Assembly (NCBI RefSeq): GCF_037042905.1
Contig: NC_087246.1
Span: 4,280,001-4,344,000 of the forward strand
DNA: 64,000 nucleotides
Source: Lytechinus pictus
Taxonomy: Eukaryota
Direction: 5' to 3'
In this document: positions 27,901 to 39,569 of the stretch, one piece after another
Numbering within the stretch: position 1 is the first letter of the stretch
Layout of the letters: every line of letters begins with the position of its first letter
The notes under the pieces: generated by a model
Database searches by the model: none
Told to the model about the DNA's origin: nothing
The model's input: only the letters and a program-made list of their open reading frames with translations
Made by a program: the position numbers and the translations under genes

Positions 27901-30059
27901 TCAAAATATGTAAACGCATATTCATGTTTTTAGTTTGTTGTTTCAGAATCAGTCACACCCGATGTTTGAAAACAAACTGAAACAAAAATAAGAAAATAAA
28001 ACATCTGAAGCCGCAAACAACCGTTAGTCATTCTGAAAGGAAATCGTTCCATTGTGAACATGGTGTAGATGAGTTTCATGGGGGAAAGAAAGTAAGAAAA
28101 AGAAAAGAAAAATTGATCACTGGCTTGTGCATGTCACCGCTTTATGCCCTGCGGCTACGGAACCCGAGGTCATGACTAGCCGTAGGCATACCCGGGAGCT
28201 TCGGCAGCCGGGCAGGGATGTTGCCTGATGACATACCCATTGCGTCAATTCATTACAAGAACATTCTCTCGATTTTCTATGAGTCATAAGTCGTTATGAT
28301 TTGCTTTTCTCCAAAGACAATTCAGTTTATGGAAATTCGTGTTTTATTGTTGAAATGTTGAGTGTGTGTCATTCTGACTGCTCATGTGTTCTTTGTTGGG
28401 CTACTGCAGATATGGCTTTAGAGTTGCTCAAACTTATGTTTTAATGCTATAGGCCTATATCACAATTCATTTAATGAAGAAAAAATAGTTTAAAATTTAC
28501 TTTACACTCAGACAAACGTAGAGGTGGTTATCTTTTATCCCCGCATATGTTAATTCTCTGCAAATAATTTTTTTTCGATGCTGTTTTATTTTCTTAAGGT
28601 TATTTGTATATTTTATTTTTATTTATTTTCAAAAGTATGCTTGTGGAACTCTGCTTACTCAACCTAGGGTGGAATCCTGAAACCTTTTTTTTTTCCAAAT
28701 CACAGGACCAAATCTTTTCACATTCTCAAAAGTTTGGAACAACGAATAATATGGCCCTTTATATATGAAACTCTGAAAGCTTGCAATTACCATGCTTATT
28801 AGTTTTGCAGTCGAGAGTGAGTTTAAGAAAAGGGATGTGACACGTACAAATGTATTGCCTCTATAGTACCCATATCCCTCTTCACCATACCCTTACCAAG
28901 TAAGACGATAGGAATACCATTTCAATTGAGCTTTCTACGTCATCAATAATAATAAGAAACGAAATACGGTCACGCCAAATCAAATATATCATGTAGTAAA
29001 AGAGAAAGTATAAGAACTCCCCCAGATCTAATTCTGTCCAGTACAGTCAACCACGTTCTCCCAAATGCTCAAACTGTCAGTTGATGATGCGGGGTTACAT
29101 CCAAATTTGACGTTGACAAATTTGTTGTCAACTTTTGGCGCAAGTGTTTTCGCGCGCAATGTAGCCATCAGACGACTATTTCAATTCGCAAGTCGAAATG
29201 CAGAGCGTTTGTAGCATACAGTAGGACATTGGAATGACATAGGCCTATAACAAATGGGCAATCGTTATTGGGGTCGTGCATAGCAGCACACAAAAGCTTG
29301 GTCATGAATTATGAAATGAATACGCGAGCTGACGCAAAAATGTGTTTCTAACAAACAACCAATTATATGAAACAAAACTGAAATCAAATGTGCCTGCTTG
29401 TCAGTCGCAAATCCTGAAAAGTATCCAAAGTTCAAGCCGTATAACTTTCCCGCTGACACTTTATTTAAATTTCACCAGATGAAAGATACTGATTTCTGGC
29501 GTCGACAAGATGTTGATAGGTTGGGCTAAGTAATATTTTAACCTTTCAAGTGACAATAGAATAACAAACCTCCACAATTTGTTGACATATATATTTATGA
29601 TTGCTTTCTGAGTTATAACCCAACTATTGATGATGAATATGAAAGAAGATTTACGATAGAATATCGTATTGTGTCTTTCACCCAGAAATTCGTTGTATTT
29701 TATGTATTAAAAATATCATAATATAAAATTTTTTGACCAAATGAGATTCATAAATTTAACGAAGTTATGTTATATCGTTTTGATTAAAACCAAATCATAT
29801 TTATATTATCAAATGGTAGCTATTGGTTTTAAATAAGAATAATGTCAATCTATTGGTGATGCCCATGTATTTCAATGTTCTAATCATTTTTCCATAGGTA
29901 AAACTTTTATATTTTGGTGAATAATAACGAGATTTTTCATGGTTTTACTTGCAACGTTGAGCATTATAATGTATCTGTAGACATCGTAGACAAGATTATT
30001 GTCGTTCCCGGCTGAAGTAAAAAGAAACTATTTTTTTTCTCTCTTTTCACATGTTTCAG

Positions 30060-30141
30060 ACGGATGTTTCCAACCTTTCAAGTGAAGATATCTGGCATGG
30101 ATCCTATGGCTGAATATATTCTTATGATGGACTTTGTTCCA
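30060..30141 (+). CDS. TBX1: Tbx1 T-box exon (82 nt), missed by the ORF track
   Basis: TTTCAG|A CGG ATG...GTT CCA|GTAAGT; translates (R)[27 protein letters not shown]; phase matches the previous exon. Confidence 0.96.
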
Positions 30142-30864
30142 GTAAGTTTTAATATGAACTGATTATTTACTTTTTACGTACGAAGCAAGTATGGACAGAT
30201 ATCATGGAGTCATTTACATCTATGGTGTACGCCCTTTATGTATGATTTCCTATGTCCAAAACTCTGGGCCGAGATTGAAAACAAAACAAAACACAAAAGA
30301 GAATTTGTTCCCCCAACTTTTTACGACCCTTCTGCCTAAGTTTATCAGCTGAAAAAATGTATGTAAATATTTATTTCATGTAGTAATCTTAGGATATACA
30401 ATATGCATGATTTACATTATTATTGCGTATATTTTCAATTTTCGAATTCACAATTTAATTGTATAAAGAATAAAAATTAACAGATCATAATATTAAGGAG
30501 GTACTGTCTCAGAGAATATATGATTTATCTACCCCGTTTTCTTTTTGCTTTAATTCTTCGCTCATCCCTCCTCGTACATATTGTATGCCTCTGTTCTTTG
30601 GCGTTATTCCGTCTGTTGACATTCTCACAACTTCCATCTCTTTCTTTTTCTCTGTTATCCTCTCATGCGATTCGTCTTCCTTTTTATCCTTTCCTTGTTC
30701 CCCTCTTTTTGGTGTTTTATTTATATATTTTCAACTACCTGCCTGACTACTTATCTGACACTTTATTCCTCTCATTCTGGATTCCTTTTTTGTCTACCAA
30801 CCCACCATCCCTCCCCTTCTCATTCTCTCCTCTCTATGCCTTCTCTACCCCTCCCCCTCCACAG

Positions 30865-31056
30865 GTTGATGACAAGAGGTACCGATATGCTTTCCACAGT
30901 TCAAGTTGGTTAGTAGCAGGTAAAGCTGATCCTGAGATGCCTGGAAGGATCCATGTTCATCCAGATTCACCGGCTCGTGGTGCAATGTGGATGAAACAAA
31001 TCGTATCATTTGATAAACTCAAACTCACCAATAACCTTCTTGATGATAATGGACAT
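30865..31056 (+). CDS. TBX1: Tbx1 T-box exon (192 nt)
   Basis: CCACAG|GTT...[81 protein letters not shown] and NNLLDDNGH are Tbx1/Tbx10 signatures. Confidence 0.97.
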
Positions 31057-31626
31057 GTGAGTAATAGATAGACCCCTGTTTCTATTGCTCACAGAAAGAA
31101 TATGGCTACAGCCATCAAGACAATACATACAACAACTATATAAAAGCAAGAAATATAACACAATAGAAATGCAGTACGAGTGAAAGTATAATAAATATCA
31201 ACAACAGTATTAAATCGAAAATCAATTATCTATTTATATGATTTTTTATAAAAACAATATGAACATTAAATGAATTAACTAAGTAGTAGCTCAACGCAAT
31301 TTCACCAGAAGTACTTAAATTCTGATTATTGAAATATTTAGGGAAATAATGTATAATTATAGGTATACTGTTTGATTGGGATCCTAAACCATCCACTCGA
31401 CATGCTCAAGATTACATGTATTACAACTATTTGTGACGAATGAATTCAAACACATTTGTATGATATTTTGTTAGCCTGACTAAGCAAGCGTATCAGACTA
31501 AATTATTCTACAATCTTAGTCTTATTTTTAATCCACTGTATGTGATTTAAATCTAGTATTGAGGGACCTTATTTCGTTGATTGTTTGAAATATGACTTTT
31601 ATTTTTGTTTTTATTAATAAATTTAG

Positions 31627-31782
31627 ATAATCCTGAATTCAATGCATCGATACCAACCTCGATTCCACGTTGTCCATGTCAGCGGTAGGAAAGACTTTGA
31701 GAATGCTCCAGAAAGAGATTTCAAGTGTTTCATCTTCTCAGAGACCCAATTCACCGCTGTTACTGCTTATCAGAACCACAGA
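31627..31782 (+). CDS. TBX1: Tbx1 T-box exon (156 nt), missed by the ORF track
   Basis: TTTAG|ATA...[61 protein letters not shown]. Confidence 0.96.
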
Positions 31783-32193
31783 GTAAGCTTGAAATTTCTT
31801 AAAAACTCGTTATGACCAAACATTCAGAAACTTTTTGAAAAAAGCTTCTGAAGGATGAGGTTTGCTTTGCTTATAATGAAAATCATTCTCCTGCAAACTG
31901 TAAATGTTAAATGTTCTTTGTTGGTAGTATATCATATTTGTTTAGAATTACTTTTTTTTATTTTTTATTTTTTTATTGATGATTCATACCAAAATCAATT
32001 ACCGATATATTATGTTTGTTACGTAATGAAAATTGTATTGTATACGAATGTTATGAATGCAGAAGAAAAAATAAATCAAAATAAATCAAATCAAATCTTG
32101 ATTACTGACTTTCAGGCAAAACCTACACACATGCACTTGTACACATCCACAATAAAAACGACAAATAAAAACAAAGAAGCTTGAAAGATATTT

Positions 32194-32364
32194 CAGGGGC
32201 CGCAGAATAGGGGGAGGGTGAGACGGGAGCTCCATCAGCCCCAAATTTATTCAATAATCATGACTAAAAGCTGTGATTTTATGCATGTTCGGGCACCCAC
32301 ACCACTTTTGACTCAGCCCCCCCCCCCCCCTCCTCCTACTTTCAAAATCCATTCCACGGCCCTT
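32194..32364. mobile_element. MITE related to the 11538 family
   Basis: CAGGGGCCGCAGAAT ... ATTCCACGGCCCTT; internal TGTGATTTTATGCATG is the inverse of CATGCAAAAATCACA. Confidence 0.6.
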
Positions 32365-35300
32365 CTATTGTATTGATTAACAGTGTGTCAATGATTTGCA
32401 CCCAAATTGTCCCATGAAGACAACTGATCACAATTATGCTTTTCATTTGTCTGGGAATGTGGGATACCATTCGTGTGGGCTGAACCTTTTAAAACTAGAT
32501 ATAACTATCCCAAACGGATTGAATTTTCGTTAATTTCCAACTATGCCTTAATAAGATCTATCTTGGTTTTAGAATAGACACTCATGTGTGCTTTGATGAA
32601 GATTTTTGAATGCTTTATATTATTATACTGGCATCTTGGTCTGTTTGTAAGTGGACCTATAAAGCCTCACAGGGCTATCTCCATTAACATTCAACAGCGT
32701 GTTGTTCGTTTGAACTTGCATCTGCAACTCAGCTTTGACCTTTAACCCCAAGAGTGCAAAGGGAATATACAGCCAGGATCGAAAAAGCAAATACTAGGCA
32801 AGAATCCAGGCAAGCTGAAAAAGGCCTTTAGCCTACAGGTATATCTACCTATATGCACCATATTGGCTTATTGCATTCTGATAGTAAGGCGATAGCTATG
32901 GTAGATATTTTGATGACATCAGTCCAAGAGTCTACGGCCCGTATTTTGAATTCAAGTTTGATTTAATTTTATGGTCGAAAGTTGCGTATTAACTATGCAT
33001 AGTCTAGTGTGGCACAAATCTCCATAAATAGATGATCAAAGTTCCATCTTATTTCACCGTCAAAGCGTTGCAAACAATAATTGACACTCGAATAATTCAT
33101 AATTGATTGGGAATAATTACTGAAATACTCATCTTCATCATTAAAACATGATAAAAGCGATACTGGAAACATGTAATGTAAATGCAATCATGCAATCTTG
33201 GCTTTACATGATTTTAATACAGAGTTAGACCCTGACCTAAGCTAAACTGGACTTCAGATTACTTATGAAGATGGTCCCGTAAGTTTGTTATAAAAACCTC
33301 ATCACCTTACGCTAGAAAGCATAGGCCCAATGGCTCAACATTCATGTAAAACAATAACTCTTGTGTAAGTTAATTACATCACAGTCTCGAATCAACATGA
33401 AATGGAATTTTAAGTTGCTCCTAAAAGTCCTAATAAATGTGTGACTGTAGTAAGTAACCAATGGCAGTAAGGTCTGCTGTTTGTATATGGCCAGGGAAAA
33501 GGATGTACAGATGATAACATTAACAACTCCAATTCAAATTAGACCAAGAACATGAAGCAAATGCTAAGTTCTTCAAAATGAACTAGGGCATTGTCCAATC
33601 ACATGGGAGTATCCAAATTAGAACCACGTTTGTTTGTCCGCCTGGATTCTTTTACATTCTGTTCTTGATCACCGAATAAATTCAAATACTATTCCTTAAT
33701 CCTACTCTGATTTAGATCTGTCTGAGCTTTATCTGAAGATAAATGTTTGGTATATAAGATATATAAGCACTCAATCCCTCTTCATGAACCCCCGGTCAAA
33801 TCACAAAACAACCTGGTCGTCTTCCCACCGGGGGAATTCTCTCAAACAGTTCCATTTTCCACCCGACCCGATCCTAACTTTGGTCTAGTAGGTATCAAGA
33901 ACATATAAATCAAAGGGGCAAGCCGTCGTAGTGCAATCCAGAACACACCAACTGATGGTAAGGTTTTATTTTGGGCCCTCATGTTAATACTCTTTCTGAA
34001 AAGACTGAGAAACGACATTTCGAATGTATTTGTTTTATTGGATTAATACATTAGAAGTAAAGGTAGTTAGAAGGTGTTCAAATCAGTGTTTTTATTAGGA
34101 TGAAAGATGGTCCAACATTATCACCAATGTTGCACAAAATTAACACAACGTGATCAACTGAAAGAAACATAGCCAGATTCTTAATCATATCTTTGATCAG
34201 GAGGGGTATTGCCTACCTTGTACCCCTTTCCGCTACTCTTGTAGGAACCAGTTCCTTTGTTTCTTCCAAGTGACATCCATCATCACAACCAGCCTATTGG
34301 TTTAAATATCAGATAATGTTCTGCTGTTTCCCATGCGTCCGGGAGATGAGATAGATATTGTATCACATTTCGCGCCAAAAATTACACACGGCGCCTGTCT
34401 CTCTGTCTTACTCTCATAGGGCTTGTCCTAAAACCAATGCTTGGGGCACGAAGATGAGTCTCTATATCTATTTTGATTGTGTTCCTTTGGGTCGAAGAAG
34501 ATCTTATTAACCTGAAAAACAAAACCGCAATCCTTTGTACCACAGTGAAATGTTATCTTCCAATTTAAAGCCATAATGTGTATACTTTTAAATGGTGACA
34601 CCTCTGTCATATGGTGCGAGATCGATTTTTTTTTCATTTGCCATGAGTCCTCAAGTAAATCTGTTTGAGGCAAATTTGATGAAAAGGATTAAAATTTAAA
34701 GTTCAAATAATGAATAATATCATTCATTGACAAAGTAAAAACCATAAACATCGAAAGGTTCAATTGCAAGTAATCGCGATATTTTTCTTAATTTTATGTT
34801 ACTTTTTCAATGATTTTTTATGGGCATGTTGGACAGAAATAATACTTAAGTAACCCAATATGATGACGTCATTTTCACGTCGTGAATGAGCTGGCTGGAT
34901 GAAGGTCACGTGATACGAAGGATATGTTACGTCTGAGTTACATTGCTAATTGTTTTAATTGCCCCATCATGACGAATTAGTTTATATTTTAATAAAAACT
35001 CGCCTCAGGGCATAGACCTCCTCTGACAAACATGGGAGTAATGTTCAGACTATGTACAGGGCGAAGACAGATGCTCAAGGGCTTTCCATGTTTAGGGTGG
35101 CTACAAAACTCAACTTTCTTCCTGCAAGTTAAGTCAGATTTTTGTTGACACTTCAGTAGGTGAAAGATATTTCTTAGCTGGCGTGAATTAATCTCATATT
35201 CGTGCATGCCCGAACAATAATTATACATGGGTTTGTTAAATAACCAACAACTGCAACGTAGGTGTATTAAGAACTCCCAGGGATTTTTAAAACAAACGTT

Positions 35301-35445
35301 GGCAATTGTTTTCTGTAACTAATTTAACGGAGGGTGTACAAGACATTTGAAAATGATCAGCATTACCCATCCCCTCGGGTATGCTAAATCCTTTCCTTTC
35401 ATTGGTCTGGGTTTTACATCTATCTCTACTGCCTGATCTCTATTA

Positions 35446-35584
35446 CCGTGTTTACACTTGATCGGCTTTTGGTTCAGAACCAAAAGCCGATGCAGAATCG
35501 GCTTTTGGTTTGCGTTTACACGTTGTTACAGCTCGCGGTTCAGAACCGCGAGCCGATGGAAAAGCCGATAAAGTGTAAACACGG
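35446..35584. mobile_element. 139-bp palindromic MITE with TA TSD
   Basis: TA-CCGTGTTTACACTTGATCGGCTTTT ... AAAAGCCGATAAAGTGTAAACACGG-TA. Confidence 0.85.
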
Positions 35585-35613
35585 TATATATTCATCACAT
35601 TGTGTGGGTGAGC

Positions 35614-35657
35614 GTGTGTGTGTGCGCGCGCGCGCGCGCGTCTGTGTGCGTGCGTGT
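35614..35657. repeat. (GT)n(GC)n alternating purine-pyrimidine tract
   Basis: GT repeats followed by a run of about 8 GC dinucleotides and then TCTGTGTGCGTGCGTGT. Confidence 0.9.
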
Positions 35658-35769
35658 TTGCTTGTGCTATGTCAAGGAACGTCGATGCTTTTAAATAACC
35701 TGCTAAAATGCTCGTGAATAGTGTTTTGGCTAATTTACATATTAAATTTCTTCTTCTTTTGTATTACAG

Positions 35770-35837
35770 ATAACACAGTTGAAGATTGCCAGTAATCCAT
35801 TTGCTAAAGGCTTTAGAGAGTGTGATCCCGATGACTG
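35770..35837 (+). CDS. TBX1: Tbx1 T-box C-terminal exon (68 nt)
   Basis: TTACAG|ATA...[33 protein letters not shown], compared with vertebrate [22 protein letters not shown]. Confidence 0.96.
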
Positions 35838-38499
35838 GTAAGTTTACATTCTAATTCCAATTTACCTTTGTTAATACACGCATCCGAACGATCTTGGGCG
35901 TTTTGCAGAAAAAAAATGACCCAACTACAACAACATTAATGCACCTTGACTTTTAACTAATTAGAAGCGCTCATTTGGGATCGACGTTTGATTTGTTTTT
36001 AGTTGCGTTTGACTGTGACTCAAACTGCAAAGAACCCCAGGTTTCCCTATTGTTTCTTGTACAAATGCACCTTTTTTCTTTCAAACAAATGTTTGGTATT
36101 ATTTGAAAATGTTAAGGAAGCCTAGTTCTGATTCATGACATATTGAGAATAGGGTGCATCTTCCATTTTCTCTTTTTTATCAAAACATGACATATCACAT
36201 AAACATTTCAAAATCTATTTTCCATTGAATTATTATTATTATTTAATTATATAACTATTAGTGTGATATGACCCTCATGAAATTGATTTCTGCCATTACA
36301 TATCCAAATTTGAAATGCTTCAAACAGTATGCCCTATAATTCATTTCAACATTGACAAAGCTTTAGTCTAAATGTTTAGTCCTGTTTGTATCTTTTATGC
36401 AATTGATTTTGTTTGATATTCAGACCCCATTGCCATATATTCCTACCCATCGCAAGTCCTTTTTATATTTTCAAGCATTTATGATTTATATGTCGTAATG
36501 ATATAATTTTTTTATGATCGTTATTAGTTCTTTTATCAAATGGCTGTTTTTTGGTTTGATTATTTTCAGTTATACCCCGTGCCGAGATCTGGGGGTAGCT
36601 ACATCCAACTACAAGAACAGTTGCCCCCGGTAAATTATTTCCCATTATATTTTTCAATCCATTATAATTTTAACTGACTCACATTTAACAGTAAAATCAT
36701 AACCATATTACAATCTGTTATGCTTCCGTGTTTATTATTCTATCTGGCAGAGTTCATAATAATCCTCCTATAAAAGTGGTTATGATGATACTTAATAAGC
36801 TATTTGCATTGTAGTTTGATTGATTGCATTTATTCTTTTTCATTCCAAAATTTAACAAAAGTTACAATGTATAGCAAAACACAAAAATATAATATACAGA
36901 AATGAAAAAAGGGAACCCACTGGAAAGCAAAGCTTGTTAGTATGGGTTCCCTGCAATAAATAGTAAATTTAAGTTTACAAGGATTACCCGATAGAATAAT
37001 ATACTAGTGAAACTAATGTTGCTTTCATATGCCTTTAATATAGATATTTTTTTTTTCATTTTCCATGAGTTTTTATATTGCATGGGTCCGATTGAAGTTT
37101 AAAAAGACCTTCCGATATTTTGTACTGTGGATCATAATTAATGGATCATTTCTACTCATTTTCATTAGTTTACACATTATATTTTTCTTCAGAATTTCCT
37201 CATATTAATTTGTATTTACTTAGAGTATGTCCGCTTATCAGCTTATAACAAGATAATGCTATCCCACAATGAAACATGGTAATAGTTCGTAATTTTTTCC
37301 TCGCACTTCCCAAGACACCATACCAAAAGACTGGTGACAGATCATGTTTCTCGTATTACCCCACGGGGAAGCTCTGTGATGTTGGTATAAGTAATTATCA
37401 CCTCTCCGTTGCACCATTCATGAACGACACGTGATTCGTCATAGTGTCAGATGAGTGTTTCACTAACTGGTCTAGAACAATACATCAACTCTATTTACGA
37501 TTTAGGAGGCATCATACCTCTCTTTACTAAATGATATATGAGCTTCCATTTCTAGAAATATATAAGTCTGGGAAAATTCTCCCTTTCTTACGTCTTATTA
37601 AATCAGAAAGTAATTTTGTTTTTGATAAGTGAATCACGAAACATATGTGAAGATGTACTCTAAATATTATGTGTACATTTACAATTAAAATAGCTAAAGA
37701 AAAAAAGGAATCCGGTCCCCGACAAAACAAGCTAAGCATAATATGCATGGCATTTCAAGCAAACTGGTTCGTCTGTGTATGTATAGGCATATTTGTTATA
37801 TCTGTTTTCGGTACTCCCTCATTTAATGTTGAATGTGTAGTTTTTTTTTCAACGCAATATTTTGAAATATAAGTTGTCAAGATATAATTATGTGTATGAA
37901 GGTTATGACTATTGACCTTAACTGTGTGTCAGTGTGTGTCAGTGTGTGCCTGTTTGTGGTGAGGGTGGGTGTGTTTGTGCGTTTCTGTTAATTTGTTTTT
38001 CGAATTTTGGTTCCAATCCAAAATTGGCAGCGTAGAATAAATTCTCCATTGTATGCAAAACCTTCATTTTATATTTGAATTTGTTTATGAAAATAGCCAT
38101 TATGCCCATCCAATTCAATTAATTACCTTCTGGAAAAATATCTATTCTAATTCTAAAGGCACAATCAGATGGTGCGTAATATTTGAATTTGTACTTTGAT
38201 TTACATTTACTCAATTCAATTCAATTCAAATAAACATTTTTTTTTTCATTTCATTACATTTTTCGTAAACAAAAATTCATACATAAATCAATTTGTAATA
38301 AAAAATATAAATATGTACATGTTGGGTTTAAAGAAGAAGGCGTATACCCTAAAAGCTAAAAGATGTGGCGGGATACGCCTATAGACAAAATACAATACAA
38401 TAGTTAAGCTCTATGACTGGATAGTTCAAGACTCAAATTTTTTCCCCCATTAATGTACTGTAATTTATCAGTGATTTGCTCTTTCTCATATTTCTGCAG

Positions 38500-38627
38500 C
38501 ATCATCGAGATACTGCCACATGGCAATGGGCCACGAGCCCGTAATCACCACCGTCCAAGCTCGCTACAAATTGTTGGTATCACAAGGAGTCGTCCGGTAC
38601 AAAGATCCCAACATCAGAACGACATAA
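38500..38627 (+). CDS. TBX1: Tbx1 post-T-box exon (128 nt)
   Basis: TTCTGCAG|C...ATA A|GTAAGA; (C)IIEILPHGNGPRARNHHRPSSLQIVGITRSRPVQRSQHQNDI. Phases fit both neighbours; RNHHRP resembles RNHRP of vertebrate Tbx1. Confidence 0.85.
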
Positions 38628-39138
38628 GTAAGATATCTTACTCCTATCTAAATAAATTTTGTTTTGGTTATTTTTCATTTTACCATGCTTCCTTTATATG
38701 GAGGTTGCCATATAATTTTTTGTTTCTTTCAAAATTAAATTCGTTCTATATTTTGTAATTGTTATAACTCATTGAAGCCAAAGTATAATGATATTAGAAG
38801 CTCAGGCCTTGTGGGTTCTTTATAAGCATGGTCGGCCAAGTCATAGAGAGAGAGAGTTACATCTTAATTGTGGATTAGACTTGGAGCAAACTAGGAAAAC
38901 AAACATTTCGAACCAGTAGGCCTACTGAATGTATCATCTCTACCCTAACATGCCTAAAGGAATGTGTCAAACTAAAATAAGTTATTTTGTGTTGTCCTTG
39001 AGAAAGTTTACTTTTTGTTATAATACATTTTTCGTATGTTTGTTATTTGATGATAAATTGTAAGTTCGAGTCCAATTCAAGTTCAAGAGTGATGATTTAT
39101 GATGCTGAACTTTGTATCGTTCTTTTGTCATTGTCTAG

Positions 39139-39569
39139 CAGACCCTGAGAAACAGGTCACACCGTCCGTGGGTAACGCCAACACTCCACCCATTGCTTCC
39201 ACCGACAACGGCACCCCTGGTTTAGCCAACACAGGAGCTCTCATCAACCCAAACACAACTGGTTTTCCTGACCTTGCAGCGCCTCCGTGCTCGATGACCA
39301 ACGGCACGATCACGGGTGATAGCACCTACTCCAGCTACCCTACCACAGACAGTCAGTACAACTATGGTAGTTGTTATTTTCGCCCCAACACAAGACCGAC
39401 GCCGTATACGCGAGATATGACTTCATATATGCGGGACTCTCGTTATTGCGCGAACGGTTTGACGTCATACATGGGCCGAACGAATGGTCAGTTCCCTTAC
39501 GATCCGTCCGCGATGACCATGATGGGTGGTATTGACCCAAGGAGAAATTACACACAGCCAATGATGTAG
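39139..39569 (+). CDS. TBX1: Tbx1 last coding exon (P/S/T/Y-rich C-terminus); alternative acceptor gives start 39142
   Basis: Acceptor TTGTCTAG|CAG| in phase 1; ORF DPEKQVTPSVG...RPTPY...RRNYTQPMM ends at TAG 39567-39569. RPxPY resembles the C-terminal motif of Tbx1. Spliced CDS from ATG 9884 is 428 aa (427 with the distal AG). Confidence 0.85.

Noticed and set aside
28225..28262. CTGATGA as a hammerhead core or snoRNA C box
   Set aside because: No correctly placed GAAA with stems II/III, and no D box with a terminal stem was found.
30520..30864. Hydrophobic N-terminal part of the 183-aa ORF (apparent membrane-anchored T-box)
   Set aside because: It is the translated polypyrimidine tract of an intron; the exon begins at 30865.
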